This document shows positions 23,189 to 34,619 of a stretch of 64,000 nucleotides of DNA, in pieces. The stretch is from Scyliorhinus canicula (Eukaryota). The position numbers and the translations under genes were made by a program. Location of the stretch: NCBI RefSeq assembly GCF_902713615.1, contig NC_052148.1, forward strand, positions 105,703,098 through 105,767,097, in the 5' to 3' direction. The notes below the pieces were generated by a model. That model was not told where the DNA came from and ran no database searches. It saw only the letters and a list, made by a program, of their open reading frames with translations. Position 1 is the first letter of the stretch. Each line of letters starts with the position of its first letter.

Positions 23189-24590
23189 TGATGTGGAGAT
23201 GCCGGCGCTGGACTGGGGTGAGCACAGTAAAGTCTTACAACACCAGGTTAAAGTCCAAAAGGTTTGTTTCAAATCACGAGCTTTTGGAGCACTGCTCCTT
23301 CCTCAGGTGAATAACTACACAATGACATCAATAAGTTCCATCCCACTCTCAGACTCACCATGGACTACTCTCCAAAATCAGTTGCATTCTTGGACACACT
23401 CATCCCCATTAAGGACGGTCACCTCAGTTCTTCGCTTTACCCCAAGCCCACAGATAACCTCACAATGCTCCACTTCTCCAGCTTCCACCCTAAACACATT
23501 AAAGAAGCCATCTCCTATGGACTAGCCCTCCGTATACACAGGATCTACTCCGATGAGGAGGAGCATAACAGACATCTACAGACGCTGAAAGATGCCCTCG
23601 TACGAACGGGATATGGCACTTGACTCATCGATCGACAGTTCCAACAAGCCACAGCAAAAAAACGCACCGACCTCAGAAGACAAATACGGGACACAACCGA
23701 CAGAGTACCCTTCATCGTCCAGTACTTCCCAGAATGGAGACATCTTCTTTGCAGCCTTCAACACGTCATCGATGAAGGCGAACATCTTGCCAAGGTCATC
23801 CCCACTACTTGCCTTCAAACAACCGCGCAACCTCAAACAAACCATTGTTTGCAGCAAACTACCCAGTCTTCAGAACAGCAACCACTGCCATGCCATAGCA
23901 ATCTCTGCAAGACTTGCCAGTTTATCGACATGGGTACCACCATTACACGTGAGAACACCACTCACCAGGTACGCGGTACATACTCGTGCGACTCGGCCAA
24001 AGTTGTCTACCTCATACGCTGCAGAAAAGGATGTCCTGAAACGTGGTACATTGGCCAGTCCATGCAGACGCTGCAACAACGGGTGAACGGACATCGCGCG
24101 ACAATCACCAGGCAGGAATGTTCCCTTCCAGTCGCGGAATGCTTCAGCAGTCAAGGGTATTCAGCTTCTTATCTTCGGGTAAGCATTATCCAAGGCAGCC
24201 TTCAGGACGCACGTCAAAGCAGAATCGCCGAGCAGAAACTTATAGCCATGTTCCGCACACGAGTAAAGCCTCAACCGGGATCTTGGATTCATGTTGCATT
24301 ACATTCACCCCCCACCATCTGGCCTGGGCTTGCGAAATCCTACCAACTGTCCTGGCTTGAGACAATTCACACCTCTTTAACCTGAGGTTACTCCTTTCTC
24401 TGGCTCTGTAAAGACTTAATTGCCTGCAAAAGCCCGCATTCAAAGTATCTTCTTGCATCTTTGACTTTGTCTATATAAATGTTTCTGGAACCTACCTCTT
24501 CATTCACCTGAGGAAGGAGCAGTGCTCCGAAAGCTGGTGAATTGAAACAAACCTGTTGGACTTTAACCTAGTGTTGTAAGACTTATTACA
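23189..24590 (+). mobile_element. Penelope-like element, 5'-truncated: RT C-terminus, GIY-YIG endonuclease and inverted pseudo-LTR
   Basis: VAFLD...LYPKPTD...SFHPKHIK; CKTC...VVYLIRCRKGCPETWYIGQS...QRVNGHR; 23189-23312 is an inverted copy of the 3' pLTR (24500-24590); TSD TTTATT(G/A)TTGTCA at 23176-23188 and 24591-24603. Confidence 0.9.
24503..24541 (+). ncRNA. Minimal hammerhead motif in Penelope pLTR (cleavage triplet mutated to CUG)
   Basis: UUCAC-CUGAGGA-A-GGAGC-AGU-GCUCC-GAAA-GC-UG/GUGAA. Confidence 0.7.
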
Positions 24591-25489
24591 TTTATTATTG
24601 TCACAAGAAGGCTTACATTCACACTGCAACAAAGTTACTGTGAAAAACCCCTAGTTGCCGCACTCCGGCGCCTGTTTGGGCACACTGAGGGAGAATTCAG
24701 AATGTCCGAATTACCGAAAAGCACGTCTTACGGGACTAATGGGAAGAAACCAACGCACCCAAAGGAAACTCGCGCAGACACAGGGAGAACGTACAGACTC
24801 TGCACAGACAGTGACCCAAGCCCGGAATCGAACTTGAGACCCTGGAGCTGTGAAGCAAAAGTGCTAACCACTGTGCTACCATGCCGCCCATTCTACCTGT
24901 GTCTATGTGGGTTTCCTCCAGGTGCTACAGTTTCCTCCCATAATCCAAAGATGTGCAGGTTCGGTGGATTGGCCATGCTAAATTGCCCTTTCGTGTTCAA
25001 GGGTGTGCAGGTCAGGTGGGATTGTGGGGAATGGGCCTTGGTAGCGTGCTCTTTCTGAGGGTCGATGTCGACTCAGTAGGCTGAATGGCCTCCTGTACTG
25101 TAGGGATTCTATGATATTCTGTGATCCCCATTAAATAGCATAAGCACAAACTATAAATTTGATTTCTCATAATTTAAAGTATTGTTCATTCTAATCGGTC
25201 AAGTTCACATGTATGAGGATTAATTTTGCGCTGACGGTATAAACCCAGTTACTTATTTTGCAACTTCAGCGTGGTTCAGAATAGGTTAGTCAGCTTTGCT
25301 CTCAAATTTTAATTGAACTTGGGACGTTGCTGATCTGTGCCACACATGATAAATATTTTGTATTCCACCAATGAACATTATATTGATATTAGATATACAC
25401 TGAGTTTATATATGAATTTGGAAGCACATAAGGGAAGTTAGAATTGGTGCCACTTCTCCTAAATTGGAGAATGAAGAGTTCTTTATTTG

Positions 25490-26480
25490 AGTCAGAGTTT
25501 TTACAGCATGGAAAGAGGCCCTTTGGCCCATCGTGTTCTTGCCAGCCATCAAGCCCTTATGTACTCTAATCCCATTTTCCAGCACTTGCCCCATGATCTT
25601 GTATGCTATGGCATTCATCTATAGCGTTCATCTTGGATGTTGTGAGGGTTCCTGTCGCTACCACCCTTTCAGGCAGAGAGTCCCAGATTCCCACCATCCC
25701 CAGTTGAAAATTTGTCCTCGCGCCTCCTCTAAGCCTTCTGCCCATTACCGTAAATCTATACCCCCAGGTTATTGACCCCTCTGCTAAGGGAAAAAGTTCC
25801 TTCCTCTCCACCCTATCAATGCCCCTCCTATTTTTATACACCTCAATGAGGTCCCCCCTCAGCCTTCTGTGCTGCAAGGAAAACAACCGCAGCCTATCCA
25901 GTCTCTTGATTGTTGAAATGCTCCAGACCAGGCAACATCCTGGTAAACCTCTTCTGCACCCGAAATGTGCCCGAACTAAGGTTCTATATAACTGCAGCAT
26001 GACATGCCAATTTTTATACTCCATGCCCTGACTGATGAATGCAAGTATGCCTTATGCCTTCTTGACTGCCTTATCTACCTGCATTGCCACTTCCAGTGAT
26101 CTGTGGACCTGTACGCTCTGATTTCTTTGCCTGTCAATACTCCTGAGGGTTGTGCCATGCACGATATAATTCCCACCTGTATTAGCCCTTCCAAAATGCA
26201 TTATCTCACATTTGACCAAACTAAACGTCATCTGCCATTTCTTTGCCCAGATCTATATCCTGCTGTATCCTCTGACAATCCTCTTCACTATCCGCAACTC
26301 CACGAATTTTTGTGTCATCCGCAAACTTACAAATCGGACCAGCTACATTTTCCTCCAAATAATTTATAGATACTATGAACAACAAAGGTCTCTGCACTGA
26401 TTCCTGCTGAACACCACTGGTCACAGTCTTCCATTCAGAAAAGCATATCACTAATCAGTCCATTTGTTTCCAAATGTGAG
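25490..26480 (-). mobile_element. CR1 RT 3' fragments
   Basis: KFADDTK, MLQLYRTLVR, RRLRGDLIEVYK. Confidence 0.78.
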
Positions 26481-27840
26481 TAAATTTTGTCGCTAAGAAG
26501 AGGAGAGGTTAAGACTTGGTTGTGAATCTGCCAACATTCACTGTAAAAAATGTCCCTTTGGGGAAGATTCTATGGTGTAATTTTTTTTGGACTGGTGGAA
26601 ACATTTCAGATTTCTGTCTTTTTGTGGATGATATCCAATTTTAATTTTCTACATTTGACTTTTTTTGCTGCTTTTCAAGTTGCTGTTGACTACAACTTTT
26701 TGCGGTTATGCCACTCTTATTTATAGTTGGAAGTTTTGGAGTTTAGGATCGGTTACTGGGAGTGTGCTGAAACCTGAAAAGGGTTCTTGGGCATCTATCA
26801 ATGTTTAGAGGAGGGGGGTTGCCTCTGAAGAAAGTTTTGAAAGTCACTCTAATGGGGCTTCTGACAAATAAAGAACAATATCCTTGCATGAGTCATCAAT
26901 ATGTAGGCAAGGAAGGAACATTATGTTTCTCCTCAAATTGAAATACACACGTTATGTTTTTTTTAAAAAACAAAATCCCTACTGGAAACACAGCAAGTCT
27001 GTCAGTATCTGTAAAAGTTAACAGTTATCTCAATCTTTTCAGATGCTGATATTGTCTATCTATTTACAGTGTTGACTGTTTTACCTCCAGATATTACGTT
27101 TTTATAAAGAATGGGATTATTTGGTATTCTGTAATTTGTTTAGAACTCTGCCCTGAGGTCATACCTTTACTAGAGCTATGAAGGACATTTAAGTATAAAA
27201 CCATTAATACACATTGCACTATTAATTTGTAATACTCAACAATTCCCTGCATCTCTTCCTGTAAATCAGTAATGGGTATCCAAGGCTAGTGAGTGGGCCA
27301 CATAATTGGTCCTCCATTATGTCTGTGGGCCGCATGATTGAAATTGGGCATTCGTATTAAATATATTTAATATGCCAAATATTTCATAACCAGTTACAAA
27401 AGATGATTAAATAAACATTCATATACTAGTAGAACTGTCATCAACTTTAAATGGCAAAGGCAAATGAAGTAATCAGGCGTACATTATTTTTTTTTTTTTA
27501 AATAATTTTTATTGAAGAAATTTTTCAAAATACAAACATTTTAACCCCCCCTACCTTTACATTTAAATTATAGCAAAACAAAGTCAAACCCCCCTACTTA
27601 ACAAAAAAGTCCCCCCCACCCCCTACTCGCGCGTCCCCCCCACCCCCCACCCCCGCCGGCGAACCGGCAGTCAGACCAATTTATCATTTCTGGCAGTGTC
27701 CTCGGGCAGGCCTTGCCCGTGCCACCACCGCTACCGTACTTCCTTCGTTGTTGTCCCCCCTTCCCCCCCCCCCCCCCTCCCCCCCCCTCCCTCCCGCCCT
27801 CCCCTCCCCTCCCGGGTTGCTGCTGTCACGACCTCAGTTT

Positions 27841-30800
27841 CTATCTCTGATCTAAGAGGTCCAGGAAGGGTTGCCATCGCCTGAAAAACCCCTGCACCGA
27901 CCCTCTCAGGGCGAATTTGATCCTTTCCAATTGGATGAAGTTTGCCATGTCGTTTAACCAGGTGTTAACACTTGGAGGCCTTTCGTCCCTCCACTGAATC
28001 AAGATCCTCCTCCGAGCCACCAAGGACGCAAAGGCTAATATTCCAGCCTCCCTCGCCTCCTGTACCCCCGGTTCCACCCCAACCCCGAAGATCGCAAGTC
28101 CCCATCCTGGCTTGACCCTGGACCCCACCACTCTCGACACCGTCCCTGCCACCCCCTTCCAGAACTCCTCCAGTGCCGGACATGCCCAAAACATATGTGC
28201 ATGATTCGCAGGGCTTCCCGAACATCTAATACACCTGTCTTCACCCCCGAAAAACCGACTCATCCTTGTCCCCGTCATGTGGGCTCTATGCAGTACCTTA
28301 AATTGAATGAGACTTAGTCTCGCACATGACGACGACGAGTTGACCCTCTCCAGGGCGTCTGCCCATGTCCCGTCCTCTATCTGTTCCCCCAGCTCTAACT
28401 CCCACTTATCTTTCAGCTCCACTACTGGTACCTCCTCCACCTCCTGCATAATCTTATAGATGTCCGAGATCTTCCCCTCCCCGACCCAGACCCCTGATAG
28501 CACCCTATCACTCACCCCCCTGTCGGGAAGCGCGGGGAACCCCTCTACCTGTCGTCTGGCAAATGCCTTCACTTGGAGGTACCTGAACGTGTTCCCCGGG
28601 GGGAGCCCAAATTTCTCCTCCAGCTCTCCCAAGCTCGCAAACCTCCCCTCTATAAACAAGTCCCTCAGTTGTCTAATACCCGCCCTCTGCCAGCTCTGGA
28701 ATCCCCCTCCTGTATTTCCCGGCGCAAATCTGTGGTTCCCTCTTAGTGGTGCCCCTATCAGACCTCCCACTTCCCCCCTGTGTCGCCTCCACTGCCCCCA
28801 GATCTTGAGGGTGGCCGCCACCACCGGGCTCGTGGTATACCTCGTGGGAGGGAGCGGCCATGGTGCCGTTACCAGTGCCCCTAAGCTTATGTTGCCGCAG
28901 GACGCCCTCTCCATGCGCTTCCAGGCTGCCCCCTCCCCTTCCATCATCCACTTTCGTACCATCGATGTATTTGCCGCCCAGTAATATCCTGAAAGGTTGG
29001 GTAACGCCAGCCCTCCACTATCCCTACTCCGCTCCAAAAAGACCCTTCTAACTCTCGGGGTGCCATGTGCCCACACATACCCCATGATACTACTCGTTAC
29101 CTTCTTGAAAAAGGCCCTGGGGAGGAAGATGGGCAGACACTGGAACAAAAACAAGAACCTCGGGAGGACCGTCATTTTAACTGACTGCACCCTCCCTGCC
29201 AGCGACAGCGGCACCATGTCCCACCTCTTAAACTCCTCCTCCATCTGTTCCACCAGTCTGGAAAAGTTCAACTTGTGGAGGGTCCCCCAGTTCTTTGCCA
29301 CCTGCACCCCCAAGTACCTAAAACTTTTAACTGCTCTTTTGAAGGGGAGCCTCCCAATTCCCTCCCCTTGGTCTCCCGGGTGTATTACAAAGACCTCACT
29401 TTTCCCCAGATTTAACTTATACCCCGAAAAGTCCCCGAACTCCGCTAGTATCCCCATTACCTCCGGCATTCCCCCCTCCGGGTCTGCCACATACAACAAC
29501 AAATCATCCGCATAGAGCGAGACCCGATGTTCCTCCCCTCCCCTTGTCAGTCCTCTCCACCCCCCTGAACCCCTCAGTGCCATCGCCAACGGCTCAATCG
29601 CTAATGCAAAGAGTAAGGGGGATAGGGGACATCCCTGCCTAGTACCTCGATGGAGCCCAAAATATTCTGACCTCCTCCCGTTTGTTACCACACTCGCCAT
29701 CGGAGCTGAATAGAGCAGTTTTACCCACTTGATAAATCCCTCCCCAAACCCAAACCTTTCCAACGTCTCCCACAAGTATTCCCACTCCACCCTGTCAAAT
29801 GCCTTCTCCGCGTCCAGCGCTACCACTATCTCCGCCTCCCCCTCCACTGCTGGCATCATAATCACATTTAACAATCTCCGGACATTTGTGTTAAGTTGGC
29901 GTCCCTTCACGAACCCCGTCTGGTCTTCATGGACTACCCCTGGCACACAGTCCTCTATCCTGGTTGCCAGGACCTTTGCTAACAGCTTGGCGTCAACATT
30001 TAGGAGGGAGATGGGCCTGTAGGACCCGCACTGGACCGGGTCCTTGTCCCGCTTCAAAATCAAGGAGATCAGGGCCTGCGACATTGTTGGGGGCAGAACC
30101 CCCCCCTCGCGCGCCTCATTAAAGGCTCTCACCAGCACTGGACCCACCAAGTCCACAAATTTCCTGTAAAACTCCACCGGGAACCCATCCGGCCCCGGCG
30201 CCTTCCCCGCCTGCATCTGGCCTATCCCTTTAATTAGCTCCTGCAGCTCTATCGGCGCCCCCAACCCTTCTACCAGCTCCTCTTGTACCTTGGGGAATCC
30301 CAATTTGTCGAGAAAGTTCTTCATTCCCCCTCTCCTCTTCGGCGGTTCAGACCTATACAATTCCCTATAGAAGTCCCTAAAGACCCTATTCACCTCTTGC
30401 CCCTTCTGCACTACGTCCCCACCCCTCTCTCTCACTCCCCCAATCTCTCTGGCTGCATCTCGCTTACGAAGCTGGTGTGCCAGCATCCTGCTCGCCTTTT
30501 CCCCGTACTCATACGCCGCACCCTGCGCCCTTCTCCACTGCATTTCCGCCTTCCTAGTGGTCAGTAGGTCGAACCTGGCCTGCAAGCTACGCCGCTCCCT
30601 TAATAGCCCCTCCTCTGGTGCCGCCGCATATTTCCTATCTACTTCTAGGAGCTCCCCCACCAGCCTCTCCCTTTCCTGCCTCTCCTTCCTCTCTCTGTGT
30701 GCCCTTATGGAGATCAGCTCTCCTCTAATCACTGCTTTCAAGGCCTCCCAGACCGTCCCCACCTGCACCTCACCTGTGTCATTCGTACCCAGATAGTTCT

Positions 30801-31635
30801 CAATGCCCGTTCTCACCCTTCTGCACACCTCTTCGTCCGCCAACAGCCCTACATCCAGGCGCCACAACGGGCGTTGATCCCGCGCCTCCCCCATGTCCAC
30901 GTCCACCCAATGTGGTGCATGGTCCGATATCGCAATGGCCGAGTACTCCGTGTCCTGCACTCTCGGTATCAGCCCCCTGTTCAATACGAAAAAATCGATC
31001 CTAGAGTACACTCTGTGGACGTGGGAGAAAAAAGAATACTCCCTCGCCCTAGGCCTACCAAATCTCCATGGGTCTACCCCTCCCATCTGCTCCATGAACC
31101 CCCTTAACACCTCTGCCGCTGCCGGCCTCCTATTCGTCCTGGAACTCGATCTATCCAGCCCAGGGTCTAACACCGTATTAAAGTCCCCCCCCATGATCAG
31201 GCCCCCTGCCTCCAGTCCCGGGATGAGGCCCAACAGGCGCCTCATAAAACCCGCGTCGTCCCAGTTCGGGGCATACACATTTACCAGTACCACATTCTCT
31301 CCCTGCAACCTACCCCTCACCATCACATACCTGCCCTCCTTATCTGCCACCACCTCTGCCGCCACAAACGACACCCTCTTTCCCACCAAAATTGCCACCC
31401 CCCGGTTCTTGATATCCAAGCCTGAGTGGAACACCTGTCCCACCCACCCCCTTCTCAGGCGGACCTGATCTGCTACCCTCAAATGAGTCTCCTGCAGCAT
31501 TGCTACATCAGCCTTCAGTCCCTTCAGGTGTGAGAAGACCCTTGATCTTTTAACCGGCCCATTCAGCCCCCTTACGTTCCACGTGATCAGTCGGATCGCT
31601 GAGCGACCCGTCCCTACTCCCTGTCGATTAGCCAT
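27841..31635 (-). CDS. L1 ORF2: APE endonuclease, reverse transcriptase and CCHC knuckle, 1264 aa, intact
   Basis: Motifs TWNVRGLN, QETH, GDFN, SDH (EN); PGPDG, GTRQGCPLSP, YADD (RT); CIRC...HMFWAC. Confidence 0.96.
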   Translation of the reverse strand: MANRQGVGTGRSAIRLITWNVRGLNGPVKRSRVFSHLKGLKADVAMLQETHLRVADQVRLRRGWVGQVFHSGLDIKNRGVAILVGKRVSFVAAEVVADKEGRYVMVRGRLQGENVVLVNVYAPNWDDAGFMRRLLGLIPGLEAGGLIMGGDFNTVLDPGLDRSSSRTNRRPAAAEVLRGFMEQMGGVDPWRFGRPRAREYSFFSHVHRVYSRIDFFVLNRGLIPRVQDTEYSAIAISDHAPHWVDVDMGEARDQRPLWRLDVGLLADEEVCRRVRTGIENYLGTNDTGEVQVGTVWEALKAVIRGELISIRAHRERKERQERERLVGELLEVDRKYAAAPEEGLLRERRSLQARFDLLTTRKAEMQWRRAQGAAYEYGEKASRMLAHQLRKRDAAREIGGVRERGGDVVQKGQEVNRVFRDFYRELYRSEPPKRRGGMKNFLDKLGFPKVQEELVEGLGAPIELQELIKGIGQMQAGKAPGPDGFPVEFYRKFVDLVGPVLVRAFNEAREGGVLPPTMSQALISLILKRDKDPVQCGSYRPISLLNVDAKLLAKVLATRIEDCVPGVVHEDQTGFVKGRQLNTNVRRLLNVIMMPAVEGEAEIVVALDAEKAFDRVEWEYLWETLERFGFGEGFIKWVKLLYSAPMASVVTNGRRSEYFGLHRGTRQGCPLSPLLFALAIEPLAMALRGSGGWRGLTRGGEEHRVSLYADDLLLYVADPEGGMPEVMGILAEFGDFSGYKLNLGKSEVFVIHPGDQGEGIGRLPFKRAVKSFRYLGVQVAKNWGTLHKLNFSRLVEQMEEEFKRWDMVPLSLAGRVQSVKMTVLPRFLFLFQCLPIFLPRAFFKKVTSSIMGYVWAHGTPRVRRVFLERSRDSGGLALPNLSGYYWAANTSMVRKWMMEGEGAAWKRMERASCGNISLGALVTAPWPLPPTRYTTSPVVAATLKIWGQWRRHRGEVGGLIGAPLRGNHRFAPGNTGGGFQSWQRAGIRQLRDLFIEGRFASLGELEEKFGLPPGNTFRYLQVKAFARRQVEGFPALPDRGVSDRVLSGVWVGEGKISDIYKIMQEVEEVPVVELKDKWELELGEQIEDGTWADALERVNSSSSCARLSLIQFKVLHRAHMTGTRMSRFFGGEDRCIRCSGSPANHAHMFWACPALEEFWKGVAGTVSRVVGSRVKPGWGLAIFGVGVEPGVQEAREAGILAFASLVARRRILIQWRDERPPSVNTWLNDMANFIQLERIKFALRGSVQGFFRRWQPFLDLLDQR

Positions 31636-32471
31636 GTCTTGTCCCTTGCTCGCCCCGGGTCATCCCTCCTTTTCTGACCCGCTTCCCATAGCGATGGCCC
31701 CCCCCCCCCCCACCCCCCCCCGGCTCTCCCCTTCTCGTCCCTGGTCTTTCCAGCAGCAACCCGGTGTCCCCCCCCAGCCCCCCCCCCCCCCCCCCCCCCC
31801 CCTGGCTAGGACCCCTCCTAGCCGCGATGTACCCAACATCGTACTCCCGAGAGTCAGCTGGTCTCCGCTGACCCGGCTGCTCCTGCCACATTCCGACTCC
31901 TCCCGGTTCACCCCATCTGCGCCCGTGAAAGATCCCCTTAAAACCCCAAAGAAAGACCCGCATAATCAACCCACTCCCCCCCCGTCCCGTCTCCCCAACT
32001 TAACGATATAAATACCCAATGGCAAATAAATACATAAATACTTAACTACATACTTAAATAACAAAATAATTAACTAGCTATCAACTAACAGTGTGCTCAA
32101 CCATCACCCTCCATCAAACAGTATAAATAACCGCAGATAACCATAACCCGAAAAGAAAGAAAGAACAAAAAACCCCCAAGCACCCAAAGGAAGAGGGTAA
32201 AAGGGGTAAATAACTAAGGGAAATTGGAAACGGGAAGAAACACCCCATAAGAAGCCAACAACCCACAATAGAGATTTCAACAGTTCTAATATACAGAAAC
32301 ACCCAACAACTCGAAACCTTCAAGATATTCAGAAAAGTCAACCGTTCGAGAAAAAACACCCCAAACAATCCACGAAACTGTTACCCAGTTCCGACCTGGC
32401 CTGAAAAAGAAAAGGGCCACTTGCTCAATCAAGAGTCCCCAGGCGGCTACGACCGCCGGTGCTCCCAGGTT

Positions 32472-33240
32472 TTAGTTCGTGTCCAACTTTTCCTCTTGTA
32501 CAAAGGTCCAGGCCTCCTCTGGGGACTCGAAATAATGATGTTGGTCCTTGTAGGTGACCCACAAGCGCGCCGGCTGCAGCATTCCAAATTTGATCTTTTT
32601 CGCGTGTAGCACCGCCTTTGTCCGGTTGTACCGGGCCCGCCGCTTTGCCACCTCCGCACTCCAGTCCTGGTACACCCTTACCGTCGAGTTCTGCCACTTG
32701 CTGCTTTTCTCCCTTTTTGCCCACCTCAGGACTTTCTCTCGATCACTTAGCCGCTGGAACCGCACCAGCACCGCCCTCGGGGGCTCGTTTGCCCTAGGCC
32801 TCCTGGCCATGACCCGGTATGCCTCTTCCAGTTCCAGGGGCGCCGGACCGGCCCCTTCCCCCATCAGGGAGCTCAACATCTCTGCCACATATCCCGGAAG
32901 ATCCGACCCCTCCAGGCCTTCTTCCAGGCCCAGGATCCTCAAATTTTTCCTCCTCATCCGAGTGTCCAGCTCCTCGAAGCGGCTCTGCCACTTCATGTGG
33001 AGTGCCTCGTGCACCTCCACCTTTGCCCCGATGACTGGCCTCCTCCTCCCTCGCGGTCATCTCCTGCTGCAGCTCTTTAATCGACGCCTCTTGGGTCGCC
33101 TGGGCTCCCACCAACCTGGTGGCCGTCGCGTTCATGGACTCTAAGAGCTCCACTTTCAGCTCCGTGAAAAAACGGAGGAGAGCGGCCTGCTGCTCCTCCG
33201 CCCATTTCTTCCATTCCTCCGATGCGCCGCCGGCCGCCAT
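32472..33240 (-). pseudogene. L1 ORF1 with one frameshift near 33037
   Basis: MAAGGASEEW...coiled coil...EEEA changes frame at GCC-A-GTC-ATC into VIGAKVEVHEAL...RRKNLRILGLEEG...VYQD...PARLWV (L1 ORF1 RRM/CTD motifs); length 769 nt = 3n+1. Confidence 0.88.
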
Positions 33241-34619
33241 TTTGATTTTCTTCCCCCGCTTTTTTTGGGGAGCTGCTGCCGTTTTTCTTGCCGCTCCACT
33301 CCGGGTACCGACCATAAAATCGGTCTAGTTCTCCTCAGGGGACCTTCCCCCACCGGGATTCGTCTTTACTGCACCTTTGGGGCCCTCCAGTTGGCCCGAA
33401 AACACCTTTGTCGCAGGAGCTTCCAAGTGTGCGACCTAGCTAGTCATAGCCGCACCCGGAAGTCAGGCGTACATTATTAGTGAGACGTCTGGTTGGATCC
33501 GTCCTCCACAAGTTTTCTTAGATTAGTACTGAGCGATGTGCAGATGCTTCACAATCCAGCATGTTTGATAAACTTTCTCTTGGTTTTTTTTAACCCAGCA
33601 AATAAAACTTCTGCAGATTCAAAGATGCAATCTTTCACTAATTCACCATCTGAGAATGGCCTTGAAAATTAAGCACAATGACGTCTCACTAATAATGTTG
33701 AGTAACCAACTAATGCAGCTCCCAACTCTCTTATCATTGTGCCCTTAACACCGATCTTTGTCTTTTTTGCTACTTCTTCCTCAGCATTTTTTTGATTTTG
33801 CTCTTGATTTTCCTTCCTCACCACGCCACCTCAACACAAGCGAGACATTAGGTAGTAGATAAATGGATAACCGCCAAAGAATCAATAGCAAGAAGCGTGA
33901 CCTCCCACATGTGCCCTGGCACTGATCACGGTGATCTCCCTGCGCTTGCATATACAGAATGCTCTGTGTGTCCTGTTTAAATGACGGGAACATCAGCATC
34001 GTGATCCTAGCGTCAACTCTTGGCAGCGTGATCCCAGATCCAGAACAAACTGGAGTGGTGCGATTCTTCTGCATGGTGGACAATAGTTATCAGGCCGCAC
34101 TCGGAGCCCTTTGGCCCATGGGCTGAAGGTTGCCCACTACTCTGTTCCTCTACATTTCCTCTAGATTTATATTCCAGTGCAGTATTAAAAGATGTTACAT
34201 TATCAGACTTGTTTGCTTGGGCGGCACGATGGCACAGTGGTTAGCACTGCTGCCACACAGCTCAAGGGACCCTGGTTCAATTCTGGTAACTGTGGAGTTT
34301 ACACATTGTCCCCGTGTCTGCATGGTTTTCCTCCGGGTGCTCCGGTTGGCTCCCACAGTCCAAAGATGTGCAGGTTAGGTGGATTGGCCATGTTAAATTG
34401 CCGTTAAGTGTCCAAAAGGTTGGGTAGGATTACAGGGATAAGGTGGAGGTTAAGTAGGGTGCTCTTTTTAGGGACCAGTGCAGACTTGATGGGCCAGATT
34501 TCCTCCTTCTGCACTGTAGGGATTCTATGATTCTATGAAATTGAATAAAGGTTCTGTTTTGGTGGTTCAATTGGGTGTTAAAATCCCATATTGTTACTCT
34601 TCTAAAATGTAGCATTTCT

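Larger units (their letters stand above)
27489..33462 (-). mobile_element. Full-length L1-clade non-LTR retrotransposon (~5.97 kb)
   Basis: 5'UTR starting CTTCCGGG, ORF1, ~836-nt spacer, intact ORF2, G-tract 3'UTR and poly(A); TSD TCAGGCGTACATTATT at 27473-27488 and 33463-33478. Confidence 0.95.
27267..34142 (-). mobile_element. Old hAT (Charlie/SPIN-like) deletion derivative split by the full-length L1
   Basis: Degenerate TIRs CAGTAATGGGTATCC / GGTTGCCCACTACTC with GGCCGCA subterminal motifs; minus-strand remnant SRPFSDGELVKDCIFESAEVLF at ~33600-33665 resembles Charlie/SPIN transposases; no clear TSD. Confidence 0.6.

Noticed and set aside
28460-33480. Many plus-strand ORFs of 60-196 aa, including possible ORF0-like ORFs in the L1 5'UTR
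   Set aside because: Antisense shadows of GC-rich L1 coding sequence with no independent motifs
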